64,000 nucleotides of DNA from Methanobacteriota archaeon (GTDB taxonomy: Archaea; Thermoplasmatota; E2; DHVEG-1): contig CAVYNH010000006.1 of NCBI GenBank assembly GCA_963769885.1, positions 256,001 through 320,000 of the forward strand, in the 5' to 3' direction. Shown here in pieces: positions 37,164 through 47,634 of this stretch; position 1 is the first letter of the stretch; each line of letters begins with the position of its first letter. Under the pieces are notes generated by a model, which saw only the letters and a program-made list of their open reading frames with translations, ran no database searches and was not told where the DNA came from. The translations under genes were made by a program, and so were the position numbers.

Positions 37164-39040
37164 GAATTCGCCTCCAGGTGGATGGCCTTGAACGGGCAGA
37201 CCTGGACACAGTTCCCACAGCCGTTGCACTGCGTCGGGTCGATGTGGACGCTGCCGTCCTCGGCGAAGTAGAGCGCAGGGCAGCCAAACTTTCCGATGCA
37301 GGTCTTGCAGCGCTTGCAGACGGACTGGTCGATGGCGTAGAGGCCGATGGTTTCCTGCGCCTTGCGCTTCCGGGCGAGCTCGAGGAGGATGCAGGGGGAT
37401 TTGCTGACGACGACTGAGGGCCCCTTGAAGGCGAGTGCCTTGGCGAACGCCTCGCTGGTCGCCTTGATGTCGTTGGGGTCGACGACGTGGATGTCGGTGA
37501 CGCCGAGGCCTTTGACGACGTCTTCCACATGGATCTGCGTGGCTTTTCGTCCCATGCCGTCTGAGTCGGTGCCGGGGTGGGGCTGGTGTCCGGTCATGGC
37601 GGTGGTGTGGTTGTCTAGGACGGTGATGACGACGTTGTGTTGGTGGTGAACCGCGTCGATGATGGGGGGGATGCCGGAGTGGAAGAAGGTGGAGTCGCCC
37701 ATGAAGCTGATGATTTTTTGGTCGGTGCTGACGGCGAAGCCGCAGGCGGTGCCGGCGTTGCTGCCCATGCAGAGGAGGACGTCGGCCATTTCGAGGGGTT
37801 TGGCTTTGCCGAGGGTGTAGCAGCCGATGTCGGTGGGGTAGATGGTGTCTTTGGGCGCGATTTTTTTGATGGCGTAGTAGGTGGCGCGGTGGGGGCAGCC
37901 GGGGCAGAGGGAGGGTGGTCGGCTGGGGAGTGGGAGGCTGGATTTTTTTGGTGTGGGGTACGGGTTTTTGATGGTGAAGGTTTTGCTGAGGGCGTTGGCG
38001 ACGATGTCTGGGGTGTATTCGTAGAGTCTGGTGAAGTGGCCGGTGGTTTTGCCGAGGATTTTTACGGGGAGGTTGTGGTCGTAGGCGAGGGTTTTGAGTT
38101 GGTTTTCGAGGATGGGTTCGAGTTCTTCGACCACGAGGATGGTCTTGTGTTTTTTGAGGAAGTCGGTGCACAGTTGGGTCGGCAGGGGGTTGGTCATGCC
38201 TAGCTTCAGTATTTGGGTGTTGAGGTGGAGGTCGGTGGCGAGTTCTTTGACGTAGGTGTAGGAGACGCCGGAGGCGATGATCCCGATGGTGCTGGGGTTG
38301 TTGATGGTGGTGATGCCGTTGAATGGGGATGTTTCGGCGATCTCTTCTGCTTTTTGGAGGGTTTTGAGGAGTTCGGGGTGTTTGGCGCGGGCGGTGGCGG
38401 GCATGGTGACGAGGAGGGGGTCTTTGACGAAGGTGCCTTTGCGTCTTGGGGGGGTGAGGGGGCCGTAGGTGACGGGGGCGCGGGCGTGGTTGAGGCGTGT
38501 GGTGGTGCGCATGAGGACCGGCAGCTTGAGGTGTTCGCTGAGTTCGATGCCGGCTTTGGCCATGTCTTTGGCTTCTTGGGGGGTGGTGGGTTCGAGCATG
38601 GGGGCGCCGGCGAAGAGGGCGTAGTAGCGGTTGTCTTGTTCGTTCTGGGAGCTGTGGCAGTAGGGGTCGTCGGCGCTGATGATGAGGTGGCCGCCGCGGC
38701 AGCCGATGTAGAGGTAGGTCATGAAGGTGTCCGAGGCGACGTTGAGGCCGACGTGTTTCATGCAGGTGAGGGCGCGCAGGCCGGTGAAGCTGGCTGCGGC
38801 CGCGATTTCCAAGGCAACCTTCTCGTTGACCGCGTATTCCATGTAGAAGCCGGGGTCTTGGTTGTTTTTGAGGGCGGTCTTGGCGATGCGGGAGAAGGTG
38901 TCCGCGATCTCAGAGGCGGGGGTGCCGGGGTAGGTGGTGGCGATGTCGACGCCTGCTTCCAGCGCTCCCCGTACGATGGCCTCGTTGCCGAGGAGGAGTC
39001 GGGTGGTGCCTGGTGTCGGGCTGGTCAGGTCGGTTGTCAT
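37160..39040 (-). CDS. iorA: Indolepyruvate:ferredoxin oxidoreductase alpha subunit
   Basis: LLGNEAIVRG, YPGTP, MKHVGLNVA, LCPGCPH, GDSTFFHSG, two C-terminal ferredoxin motifs. Confidence 0.95.
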   Translation of the reverse strand: MTTDLTSPTPGTTRLLLGNEAIVRGALEAGVDIATTYPGTPASEIADTFSRIAKTALKNNQDPGFYMEYAVNEKVALEIAAAASFTGLRALTCMKHVGLNVASDTFMTYLYIGCRGGHLIISADDPYCHSSQNEQDNRYYALFAGAPMLEPTTPQEAKDMAKAGIELSEHLKLPVLMRTTTRLNHARAPVTYGPLTPPRRKGTFVKDPLLVTMPATARAKHPELLKTLQKAEEIAETSPFNGITTINNPSTIGIIASGVSYTYVKELATDLHLNTQILKLGMTNPLPTQLCTDFLKKHKTILVVEELEPILENQLKTLAYDHNLPVKILGKTTGHFTRLYEYTPDIVANALSKTFTIKNPYPTPKKSSLPLPSRPPSLCPGCPHRATYYAIKKIAPKDTIYPTDIGCYTLGKAKPLEMADVLLCMGSNAGTACGFAVSTDQKIISFMGDSTFFHSGIPPIIDAVHHQHNVVITVLDNHTTAMTGHQPHPGTDSDGMGRKATQIHVEDVVKGLGVTDIHVVDPNDIKATSEAFAKALAFKGPSVVVSKSPCILLELARKRKAQETIGLYAIDQSVCKRCKTCIGKFGCPALYFAEDGSVHIDPTQCNGCGNCVQVCPFKAIHLEANS

Positions 39041-39228
39041 AGGATAGTGGTCTCCTGTGGAAGAAACCCGGTGAATTTGTGGTGTCTCCCCGGCTGGGAT
39101 GTACTCCTGGGCATGTTATAAAGCTAACCCCCCTGGAATCGGTGTCGTTACGGGAGTCGTACCTGGCTGGCCATCTGCATATCTAGCTGCGAAAAAGGCT
39201 CTTAAATCATGCGGGCATTGGAGGGGTC

Positions 39229-39293
39229 GGAAGGAATAGGCTGGTAGTTGTAGAGTGCATCCCATCCCTCCTAGTAAAACCAGCATCCTTCCC
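39229..39293 (+). ncRNA. Candidate small structured RNA
   Basis: BRE/TATA-like GAAAAAGGCTCTTAAAT upstream; stems GGAAGGA/TCCTTCC and GCTGGT/ACCAGC; followed by TTTTTT. Confidence 0.3.
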
Positions 39294-39408
39294 TTTTTTC
39301 TTACGCTTTGCGTCTCTGTTCTGCGTGGGTTGTCTTTATAGTCTCCTTTCTTGGGGTAGGGATAGGTTTAAATGATATCGTGGGCTGTAATGGATAGGGA
39401 GGAGTTCT

Positions 39409-40488
39409 ACGAGGCGGAACTGGATCGCGGTCGGGATTATCCTGTTGGCCCTCGGGCTGACTGGTCAGACGTGGGCCTCTCCGTTTGAGGAGGGGCATTG
39501 GTCTTCGTCTCTAGGAAAAATATTGTATGTCGGTGGGAGCGGTCCAGGCAATTACACCGTGATCCAGGACGCGGTCGACAACGCGAGCGCTGGGGACACG
39601 GTGTTCGTCTATCGGGGGGTCTACAGCCATTATTTTCCGGGTTACCAAGCGTGTGTCACGATTACGAAACGCATTCGGCTTCTCGGTGAGGAGAAGACCG
39701 CGACCGTCATCAATGGGAGCCAGTGGCAGCGGGTGGTGATCATCGATGCGGACGGGGTGAACATCAGCGGATTCACCATCCAGAACGGGGGGACGCCGGG
39801 CTTCGGCGGCCATTTCGGGGCAGGCATCGACATCGAACGAAACCAGCATATTGTCGTAACCGGCAACATCATCACCCGGAACAAGCTTGGGGTGTTGATC
39901 GAGGCCAATTCCTCGAACGTCATAATCTCTGGTAATGTCTTCGAGGGGAACTACGAAGGCGTCGAGACCATGGGTTTGAACTACTACATCGACATCACCA
40001 ATAATACCATTGTGAACAACACGAACGGATTGGTCCTCGCACCAAGAACACAGACCATCCTCAACAACACCATTGCAGACAATGCGGTCGGATTGATGGC
40101 CTTTGGTGGGGATGCTTCAAGCGTCGTTTCGATGAATCAGATTCAGGACAACGGTGTAGGGATGCAGCTGGCGAACACGCGGCTGACGGTTGCGAAGAAT
40201 AACTTCATCAACAACACCAGGCAGATAGATATCCGAAAAGGAACCATACTTTTAGCGAGCCCACTTCTCCTGATCGTGCGGCAGCATTGGAGGAATAATT
40301 ACTGGAGCAACTGGGAGAAAACGACTCCGAAACCAATTCTTGGAAAAGGGGACCTCGATATCCCGGTCTTCATCGGCGGCGGGCTCCACTATTTTCCCCT
40401 CATATATTTCCCGTTCGTTGAGTTCGACTGGCACCCAGCACCAGCGCCGTACACGATCCCAGCCATGAGCCAATACGGGACGAGTTAG
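39409..40488 (+). CDS. Secreted NosD/CASH beta-helix protein; apparent ACG start
   Basis: LYVGGSGPGNYTVIQDAVDNA, NNYWSNW, FDWHPA. The signal peptide (T)RRNWIAVGIILLALGL begins at ACG, 6 nt after GGAGG. Confidence 0.8.
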   Translation, partial: TRRNWIAVGIILLALGLTGQTWASPFEEGHWSSSLGKILYVGGSGPGNYTVIQDAVDNASAGDTVFVYRGVYSHYFPGYQACVTITKRIRLLGEEKTATVINGSQWQRVVIIDADGVNISGFTIQNGGTPGFGGHFGAGIDIERNQHIVVTGNIITRNKLGVLIEANSSNVIISGNVFEGNYEGVETMGLNYYIDITNNTIVNNTNGLVLAPRTQTILNNTIADNAVGLMAFGGDASSVVSMNQIQDNGVGMQLANTRLTVAKNNFINNTRQIDIRKGTILLASPLLLIVRQHWRNNYWSNWEKTTPKPILGKGDLDIPVFIGGGLHYFPLIYFPFVEFDWHPAPAPYTIPAMSQYGTS

Positions 40489-41034
40489 CACGTAGACCGT
40501 GACACGATTTCTATCGTGAACAAAAGCGGAAGGTTTTAGAACGCTGGGTGGATTGGGGCTGCTTGCACGTGGAGAGGAGCCTCGCAAGACACTAGAAAAA
40601 CATCACCGGGATGCACACAAACGTAACATCGGCCTTCTGATGCTTTTCCAACATGGCACCGTGCCCCTTTCAACCCCAACATCTGTGGAGCAGAGCAATG
40701 GCATTGCTATCCGACAAACCCATCCAAGTCATCCCGCCGAAAACGGCACCCAAACAAATCCCCTTGTTCGAAGAGCAGGACGACGGCAAACTCATCCCCT
40801 ACAACCGCACCTAACATAAAAAAAAACACGGCTTACTGGGACTCTTTCTCTTTTTCCTCCTCCTCAAGATCCTTCTTCTTCGCCTGTTTCTTCTTCAAAT
40901 ACGCAGTCAACGTCTCCTCTTCCTCAGGCAACGGAACTAACTGCATACACCACGAACCACCCTTCACCCATAAGAACATATCCCCTAAACAACCGAGAAA
41001 ACACTGAAATACCCACACCAAACTACTACACCCC

Positions 41035-42372
41035 ATGCACCCCCCGGTCGCTGTAACAATCGCCGGCTCAGACCCCTCCAGCGGCGCTGGCATCCAAGCC
41101 GACCTCAAAGCATTCCAATACCTCGGCGTCCACGGCACCACCGTCATCACCGCCATCACCGCCCAAAACACCCAAGGCGTCACCCACATCTACCCCACCC
41201 CACCCGAGCAAATCAAAACCCAACTCACCACCCTCCTCCAAGACCTCCCCATCACCGCCGTCAAAACCGGCATGCTCCACAACAAGAACACCGTCCACAC
41301 CGTCACCACCATCCTCAAAAAACACAAGCTGGCCCCCATCGTCGACCCCATCATGACCGCCACCACTGGCACGAGCCTGGCCGACCCCACCCTCACCGAC
41401 GCCCTTAAAAAAGACCTCCTGCCCATCACCCTCCTCCTCACCCCCAACATCCCCGAAGCCCAAACCCTCCTCAACACAAAAATCAAATCCCTTGACGACG
41501 CCAAACACGCCTGCCGCCGACTCGCGGACCTCGGCCCCCACCACATCCTCCTCAAAGGCGGCCACCTCAAAGGCACCACCGCCACCGACCTCTACTACGA
41601 CGGCACCACCATCCACCCCTGCACCCTCCCCCGCATCCCGAACAAGAAAGCCCACGGCTCCGGCTGCACCCTCTCCGCCCTCATCACCGGCCTCAACGCC
41701 CACCACACCCCCCTCAATGAGGCCATCCCCACCGCCAAACGCATCATCTGGGCCATGATCAACGACGGCTACACCCCCGGAAAAGGCGCCGACGTCCTCA
41801 ACACGACGCACACCATCATGGTCCCCCCCTACTTCCCGACCCCCGCCCACGCCCAGATCTGGTGCCAGCTCCACGACACCCTCCCCGTGATCCTCGCCGT
41901 GCTCCCCATCAATCTTATCCCAGAGGTCGGCATCAACATCGCTAACGCCCTCCCCCACGCCCACACCACAAGTGACGTCTGCGCGCTCCAGGGCCGCGTC
42001 GTCCGCGCCGGCGACCACCCGCTCCGCTGCGGGACTCTCGCCTTCGGCGCCTCCAAACACGTCGCCTCCGTCGTCCTCGTAGCCATGGCCACAGACCAAA
42101 CCATGCGAGCCGCGATGAACCTCCGATTCAGCGACGCTATCGTCGCCCGAGCAAAACAAAAGAAGATGACCACCGGCACCTTCGACCGTACCGAAGAGCC
42201 AGCCAGCGCCAAATCCACCATGGACTGGGGCACCCGCCACGCCATCCACGACCTCGGAGCAGTCCCCGACCTGATCTACGACCACGGCGGCCACGGCAAA
42301 GAGCCGATGATCCGCCTTTTAGCGCACGACCCCGCAGAACTCGCACGAAAACTGCGGCTCCTTTCTCCTTAA
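41035..42372 (+). CDS. thiD: HMP/HMP-P kinase fused to thiamine-phosphate synthase ThiN
   Basis: TIAGSDPSSGAGIQADLK, TPNIPEA, HGSGCT; C-terminal IPEVGINI, FGASKHVA, GKEPMIR. Confidence 0.93.
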   Translation: MHPPVAVTIAGSDPSSGAGIQADLKAFQYLGVHGTTVITAITAQNTQGVTHIYPTPPEQIKTQLTTLLQDLPITAVKTGMLHNKNTVHTVTTILKKHKLAPIVDPIMTATTGTSLADPTLTDALKKDLLPITLLLTPNIPEAQTLLNTKIKSLDDAKHACRRLADLGPHHILLKGGHLKGTTATDLYYDGTTIHPCTLPRIPNKKAHGSGCTLSALITGLNAHHTPLNEAIPTAKRIIWAMINDGYTPGKGADVLNTTHTIMVPPYFPTPAHAQIWCQLHDTLPVILAVLPINLIPEVGINIANALPHAHTTSDVCALQGRVVRAGDHPLRCGTLAFGASKHVASVVLVAMATDQTMRAAMNLRFSDAIVARAKQKKMTTGTFDRTEEPASAKSTMDWGTRHAIHDLGAVPDLIYDHGGHGKEPMIRLLAHDPAELARKLRLLSP

Positions 42373-42466
42373 AAACCGGAGAAGAGTGCGAAATGTTTAT
42401 CTACCATAGCTAAGATGGTAGGAGGTAAACCTCAAACGACCACAATACCTAGGGAGCTAAAAGCAC

Positions 42467-42757
42467 ATGTCAGCAAAAGAAGAAGCAAACGAGGAAAACG
42501 TCATCTATATCGGAAACAAACCACCCATGAGCTACGTCCTCGCCGTCGTCACTCAGTTCAACAGCGGATCCAGTGAGGTCATCATCAAGGCTAGAGGTCG
42601 AGCCATCAGCCGGGCCGTCGACGCCGCGGAGATCACGAGGAACCGGTTCATCACCGACGCGAAGATCAAGGAAATCCGCATCGGCACCGAAGCCATCACC
42701 AACGAAGAAGGACGAACCTCCAACGTCTCCAGCATCGAAATCTCCCTCACAAAGTAA
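42467..42757 (+). CDS. albA: Chromatin protein Alba
   Basis: [33 protein letters not shown]. Confidence 0.96.
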   Translation: MSAKEEANEENVIYIGNKPPMSYVLAVVTQFNSGSSEVIIKARGRAISRAVDAAEITRNRFITDAKIKEIRIGTEAITNEEGRTSNVSSIEISLTK

Positions 42758-42876
42758 ACAACCACCCTATCAGGAGAGACTCCCGGCCAGCATAGTCTCC
42801 TCTATTTTTCTTATTTGCACCCACCAAGAACAACCGCATCCTGTCGCACTAGGATGATTCTTTTCCTTGAGAAGGA

Positions 42877-43188
42877 TTAAACGCCCCGAACAGCAGACAG
42901 ATAGACATAATAAAAGAACCAGACCAAGACCAAAAACGCACCAAGCGAAAACCCAAGCAACCCCAGGCTATCCCGCATCATCCCCCAGTACGCGAAAGCC
43001 CCAAAAATAACCGCAAGGATCCCTAATGCCGGCACGAAAAAACTCAAAAACATGACGCCCGGCACAAACATCAGCACAAAGAAGCACATTCCCAGGGCGC
43101 CACAGAGAACCGAGACGACCCCAAGTTCCGTGTACTTCCGGGAAGCACCTTCCTCCTTCGCCGCAGTGGTCTCTTCCATCTTCTCCAC
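42877..43188 (-). CDS. Small three-TM membrane protein
   Basis: Three hydrophobic helices. Confidence 0.6.
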   Translation of the reverse strand: MEKMEETTAAKEEGASRKYTELGVVSVLCGALGMCFFVLMFVPGVMFLSFFVPALGILAVIFGAFAYWGMMRDSLGLLGFSLGAFLVLVWFFYYVYLSAVRGV

Positions 43189-43261
43189 AAAATAAGATAA
43201 AAAACAACTTTAAAGACTTTGTCAAATAGAAAAACAAAGAAAAAGAGGGGCGAAAGAAGGA

Positions 43262-45112
43262 TTATTCCTTCATATCGACCATATAGGCAATATCATCCCA
43301 GGGATGCCGATACAGGCCCTGCTTCAACCGCTTCTGATCCAGGAAATGCCCGATTAGCCCGATGCTCCGGCCCAGGACGAACAGCCCGTTGAGCGCCCCC
43401 AGCTTGATGTACATATCCGCCTCTTCCTTGGAGAACTCACTGCGCAGGAGATCAGCGAAACAAATCCCGATGCAGCCATCCACATTGAGGATGAGATTGT
43501 CCTTCTTCGACGTCGTGATCTTCTCCACCTCAAGCGCGTAATCAAGCAGCGGCGTCTTCTTGAAGTTCTTCTTCGCGTACCCTTTTATGATCTGCACCCG
43601 CATGTCCGGGTTATGCACCGACTTGACGCGATGCCCGATACCCTGGATATTCACACCCTTGGCCTTCATATCGTCGACGAACTGCTGCGGCGTCCGGCCA
43701 GCGTCATAGGCCTCACTGAACATCTGCGCCGCGCCGTCAATCGCGCCGCCGAACCGAGGCCCAATCGTCAACATCCCGGACACTAGCGAGGAGATCAGAT
43801 CTTTGCCCGCACGCGCGGCCACAATCGTGTTATGTGCACCAGAGACTGCTGGGCCGTGGTCGGCCGTCACCATGATCGTCATCTCAATGAACTTCGTCGC
43901 GTACTTCGGCAACAGCCGCTTGAACCAAAGGATGCTGAGGACACCGCCGATGCCAAGCTCCCGCTTGAACACATCCGAGATTTCGAGGCTACCGTACTTC
44001 AGCTCCTCGCCCCGGTCATCAGAGATGGTCGAGATGAAGTTCGCCGGGCGGCGGACGAGCCCAGCCTTGACCGCAGCATTGTAATCCATAGGGACCTTCA
44101 CAGGGGCGGGCTCTGGTTTGGGCGTGATCACTTTTTTCTTCACCAGAGACTTATAGACCTGGGCTATCTTCTCGCCGTAGTCGTCGAAGGAGTTGGGGAC
44201 GACCGCGCCCGCGGTCTTGAGCGCTGTGTTCTTCGCGTCCGCGGTTTCCGCCTCGGAGCCGGCTTTCGCGCCAGCATGGCCAAATTGGACCTCTGTTTTG
44301 AATGCCTTAGAGCATGTCCCGGTAACCCACATTACGAGGGGCTTGGTGATTTGTTTTTTCTTTAATGCTTCGACGATTGTGTATTCGTCGGAGCCGCCGA
44401 CTTCGCCGAGGCAGACGAGCATCTTGATCTCCGGGTTCTTCTCGAACCGTAGGAGATGGTCCAGCAGTGTGGTGCCGGGGTATCGGTCGCCGCCGATCGC
44501 GATGCCTTCGTAGAGGCCATCAGTGTTCTGGGCGACGATGTTGTAGGCCTCGTTGGAGAGGCCGCCGGATTTGGAGACGAAGCCGACCGAGCCGGGCCGA
44601 TGGAGCTTGGAGTCCATGATGTTCTCGAGGGTGCCGCCGGTATTGCCGATTTTGAACTGTCCGGCGACGATGCCGCCGACGGTCGCGGGTCCGATGATGA
44701 CCTTGCTGAGCTTCTTGGCTTTTATGGTCAGTTCTTGCATACGACGCTCAGGGACGCCTTCCGCGATGATGACGATGGTCCTGATCTGGGGGATGGCGAA
44801 GGCCTCTTCGGTCGAGGAGGCCGCTGATCGGAACGAGGCGAAGTTGATCATCACATCGACGTTGGGGTGTCGCGCGGCAGCGTTCTTCATTGATTTGTAG
44901 ACGGGGACGAGGATTTCCTTGGGACCGAAGAAGAACTTCTGGAAGCCGTCATTGCCTGTGGGATTAATCATCGCGGCGACGGACGGTGTCTTGCGGCCAG
45001 ATGCATAGTCAAAGTCGAGCATTCGTTGGACTGCGTTGGTCTGCATGTTGTAAATGAATGCCTGGGTGTTTTTGTCGAAGAGGCTGTAGTCGTTTTTGGG
45101 CATGTTACTCAC
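43262..45112 (-). CDS. aclA: ATP citrate lyase large subunit (CoA-binding/ligase plus citryl-CoA lyase domain)
   Basis: [50 protein letters not shown]. Confidence 0.95.
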   Translation of the reverse strand: MSNMPKNDYSLFDKNTQAFIYNMQTNAVQRMLDFDYASGRKTPSVAAMINPTGNDGFQKFFFGPKEILVPVYKSMKNAAARHPNVDVMINFASFRSAASSTEEAFAIPQIRTIVIIAEGVPERRMQELTIKAKKLSKVIIGPATVGGIVAGQFKIGNTGGTLENIMDSKLHRPGSVGFVSKSGGLSNEAYNIVAQNTDGLYEGIAIGGDRYPGTTLLDHLLRFEKNPEIKMLVCLGEVGGSDEYTIVEALKKKQITKPLVMWVTGTCSKAFKTEVQFGHAGAKAGSEAETADAKNTALKTAGAVVPNSFDDYGEKIAQVYKSLVKKKVITPKPEPAPVKVPMDYNAAVKAGLVRRPANFISTISDDRGEELKYGSLEISDVFKRELGIGGVLSILWFKRLLPKYATKFIEMTIMVTADHGPAVSGAHNTIVAARAGKDLISSLVSGMLTIGPRFGGAIDGAAQMFSEAYDAGRTPQQFVDDMKAKGVNIQGIGHRVKSVHNPDMRVQIIKGYAKKNFKKTPLLDYALEVEKITTSKKDNLILNVDGCIGICFADLLRSEFSKEEADMYIKLGALNGLFVLGRSIGLIGHFLDQKRLKQGLYRHPWDDIAYMVDMKE

Positions 45113-46382
45113 CTCCTTTGAGTGCCATGGTGACGATTTTTGTCATGTGGGTCTCAGGGCCGTAGACTTCGATAGGGACGCCGAGTTCGGTGCCGAGTTC
45201 ACGCATGATGCGGAGTCCTTCCTTGTAGTTGGGTCCACCGCGGCGGACGTAGATCTTGACTTTGTTCTCCTGGAGCTTGGTCTTGTATTCTCGGAGGGCT
45301 CTGACGATGCCTTTGAAGGTGTTGGCGACGTCGGTGAAGTTGGCGATGCCGCCGCCGATGAGTAGGAATTTGCCCTTGGGGTTTTTCTTGCGGGTCATGA
45401 GGTCCAGGATGGTCTTGGCGTAGAGGTAGGTGAATTCCTCGTTGGGGTCGCCGCTGTATTCGCCGTAGTTGGCCATTTCGCTCATGAAGCCCAGGTCTGT
45501 GATGGTGTCGGCGTAGATGACGCTGGCGCCGCCGCCGGCGACCATAGTCCAGACCCGGCCTTCCGGATTGAGGACGGTGAGTTTGAGGGAGGCGCCGGTC
45601 TTGGAATCCAGGTCCTGGATGTAGGCTTCCTCGGGGGTGAGCTGGCGGCCGAAGGGGGAGGGGAAGGAGATACCGCCCCATTTTTTACCGCTGACAAACT
45701 CGGCGGTATCGTCGAGTTTAGCGGCCAGGTCCAGAGGTATGATGGTCTTACCGGTGACGACGAAGGGGTTGATCTCGAGGTAGGTGTAGTTGAGGTCCGC
45801 GTAGAACTTAAATATGCCTTCGATGAAACCAGCGATAAGCGACTGTCGTTCACGGGGGACTTTTTGGAGGAGTTTTGCTTGGATGTCGCTGGTTTTAGGG
45901 AGGGTGCCGATGGGGACGAAGAGCCGGACGGCTTTGGTGTCGATGTCGCCGACGTTGATGCCGCCTTCGTGGTGGAAGAGGATCTCGTCGCCGTCGCGCT
46001 GGGAGACGATGGCGAGGTAGTATTCGTCTTGTTGGTTGTGGGGGATAAAGGGTTCGACGATGAAGTGGTCGAGGATGCCAGCGACGGTGCCGACGGTGAT
46101 GGGCTTGCTCATCCGTTCTTTGATCCATTTCTCGGCCTCGGGCCAGGTGGCGTTGAGGAGGAGGAGTTTGCTTTTACCGCGGCGTTTGATGAGCTGGTCG
46201 GGTTTGACGACGAGTTTTTCCTTGGTGAGCCATTTGTAGTGGCTGGGGAGTGTTTTGAGGTCGGTGCCGGGGCCGATGGTGATGTAGGTGTCGGCGATGG
46301 TGTAGAGTCCGTTGGTGTAGTCGGGGAGGAGGCGGGCGATCATGCGTTTGCCGTCTGCCTCGCGGATTGCCTTCTGTGCCAT
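45105..46382 (-). CDS. aclB: ATP citrate lyase small (ATP-grasp / citrate-binding) subunit
   Basis: [43 protein letters not shown]. Confidence 0.95.
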   Translation of the reverse strand: MAQKAIREADGKRMIARLLPDYTNGLYTIADTYITIGPGTDLKTLPSHYKWLTKEKLVVKPDQLIKRRGKSKLLLLNATWPEAEKWIKERMSKPITVGTVAGILDHFIVEPFIPHNQQDEYYLAIVSQRDGDEILFHHEGGINVGDIDTKAVRLFVPIGTLPKTSDIQAKLLQKVPRERQSLIAGFIEGIFKFYADLNYTYLEINPFVVTGKTIIPLDLAAKLDDTAEFVSGKKWGGISFPSPFGRQLTPEEAYIQDLDSKTGASLKLTVLNPEGRVWTMVAGGGASVIYADTITDLGFMSEMANYGEYSGDPNEEFTYLYAKTILDLMTRKKNPKGKFLLIGGGIANFTDVANTFKGIVRALREYKTKLQENKVKIYVRRGGPNYKEGLRIMRELGTELGVPIEVYGPETHMTKIVTMALKGGE

Positions 46383-46395
46383 GTTTTTTTCTCCT

Positions 46396-47634
46396 TTATG
46401 ATAGTTTTTTATCGAGTCGGGCGGCGATGGCGTCGATGAACTCCTCGGTGTAGACTTGTTTGTTTTTGGGGCTTGGGGTCGCGACTCGGAGGAGGTCGCC
46501 GGTCATGATGCCGCTTTCGATGGTTTCGAGTGCTGCTTGTTCGAGCTTGGTGGCGAAGTCGACGACGTCGGGGGTGTGGTCGAGTTCGCCGCGTTTTTTG
46601 AGGGCGCCGGTCCAGGCGAAGATGAGAGCCATGGGGTTGCTGCTGGTTTTTTCGCCTTTCATGTACTTATAATAGTGTTTCTGGACGGTGCCGTGGGCGG
46701 CCTCGTATTCGAAGAAGCCCTGGGGGCTGACGAGGACGCTGGTCATCATGGCGAGGCTGCCGTAGGCGCTGCCGAGCATGTCGCTCATGACGTCGCCGTC
46801 GTAGTTCTTGCAGGCCCACAGCATGCCGCCCTCGGATTTCATGATCCGGGCGACCGCGTCGTCGATGAGGGTGAAGAAGTACTCGATGCCCGCGTCCTGG
46901 TACTTCTGCTTCCAGTTCGCTTCGTATTCTTCTTGGAAGATCTGGCGGAATCGTGCGTCGTAGGTCTTGCTGATGGTGTCCTTGGTGGCGAACCAGAGAG
47001 GAACTTTTTGGTCGAGGGCGTAGGTGAAGCAGGCTTTGGCGAAACTGCTGATGGACTTGTCGGTGTTGTGGATGCCTTGGATGATGCCGGGTCCTTTGAA
47101 CTCGTGGATCGTCTGGACGACTGGTTGACCGCCGTCCGCGGGTTTGAAGACGATTTGGGCGGTGCCGGGGCCGGGGGCGCGGATTTCCTGGTTCTTGTAG
47201 ACGTCGCCGTAGGCGTGTCTGCCGATGTGGATGGGTTTGGTCCAGGTTTTAACGGAGGGCGGGATGTTGTTAACGAGGATGGGGCTGCGGAAGACGGTGC
47301 CGTCGAGCTGGGCCCGGATGGTGCCGTTGGGGCTGGGCCATTCTTTCTTGAGGTTGTATTCCTTGACGCGGTCTTTGTTTGGGGTGATGGTCGCGCATTT
47401 GACGCCGACGCCGTATTTCTTGATGGCCTCGGCTGCCTCGAAGGTGACCTTGTCGTCGGTGTCGTCGCGGTGCTTGAGTCCGAGGTCGTAGTATTCGAGG
47501 GGGATGTCGAGGTAGGGGAGGAGGAGCTTGTCTTTGACCCATTGCCACATGACGCGGGTCATTTCGTCCCCGTCGATCTCGACGAGCGGCGTCTTCACTT
47601 TGATCTTGTCGTGTGTCTGTTGTTTCTTGTTCAT
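46396..47634 (-). CDS. icd: NADP-dependent isocitrate dehydrogenase
   Basis: [37 protein letters not shown]. Confidence 0.95.
   Translation of the reverse strand: MNKKQQTHDKIKVKTPLVEIDGDEMTRVMWQWVKDKLLLPYLDIPLEYYDLGLKHRDDTDDKVTFEAAEAIKKYGVGVKCATITPNKDRVKEYNLKKEWPSPNGTIRAQLDGTVFRSPILVNNIPPSVKTWTKPIHIGRHAYGDVYKNQEIRAPGPGTAQIVFKPADGGQPVVQTIHEFKGPGIIQGIHNTDKSISSFAKACFTYALDQKVPLWFATKDTISKTYDARFRQIFQEEYEANWKQKYQDAGIEYFFTLIDDAVARIMKSEGGMLWACKNYDGDVMSDMLGSAYGSLAMMTSVLVSPQGFFEYEAAHGTVQKHYYKYMKGEKTSSNPMALIFAWTGALKKRGELDHTPDVVDFATKLEQAALETIESGIMTGDLLRVATPSPKNKQVYTEEFIDAIAARLDKKLS

Noticed and set aside
40553-40946. ORFs 40553..40819 (+) and the 37-aa end of 40833..41189 (-)
   Set aside because: No recognisable motifs. 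The 37-aa charged peptide from ATG 40946 is possible but unsupported.
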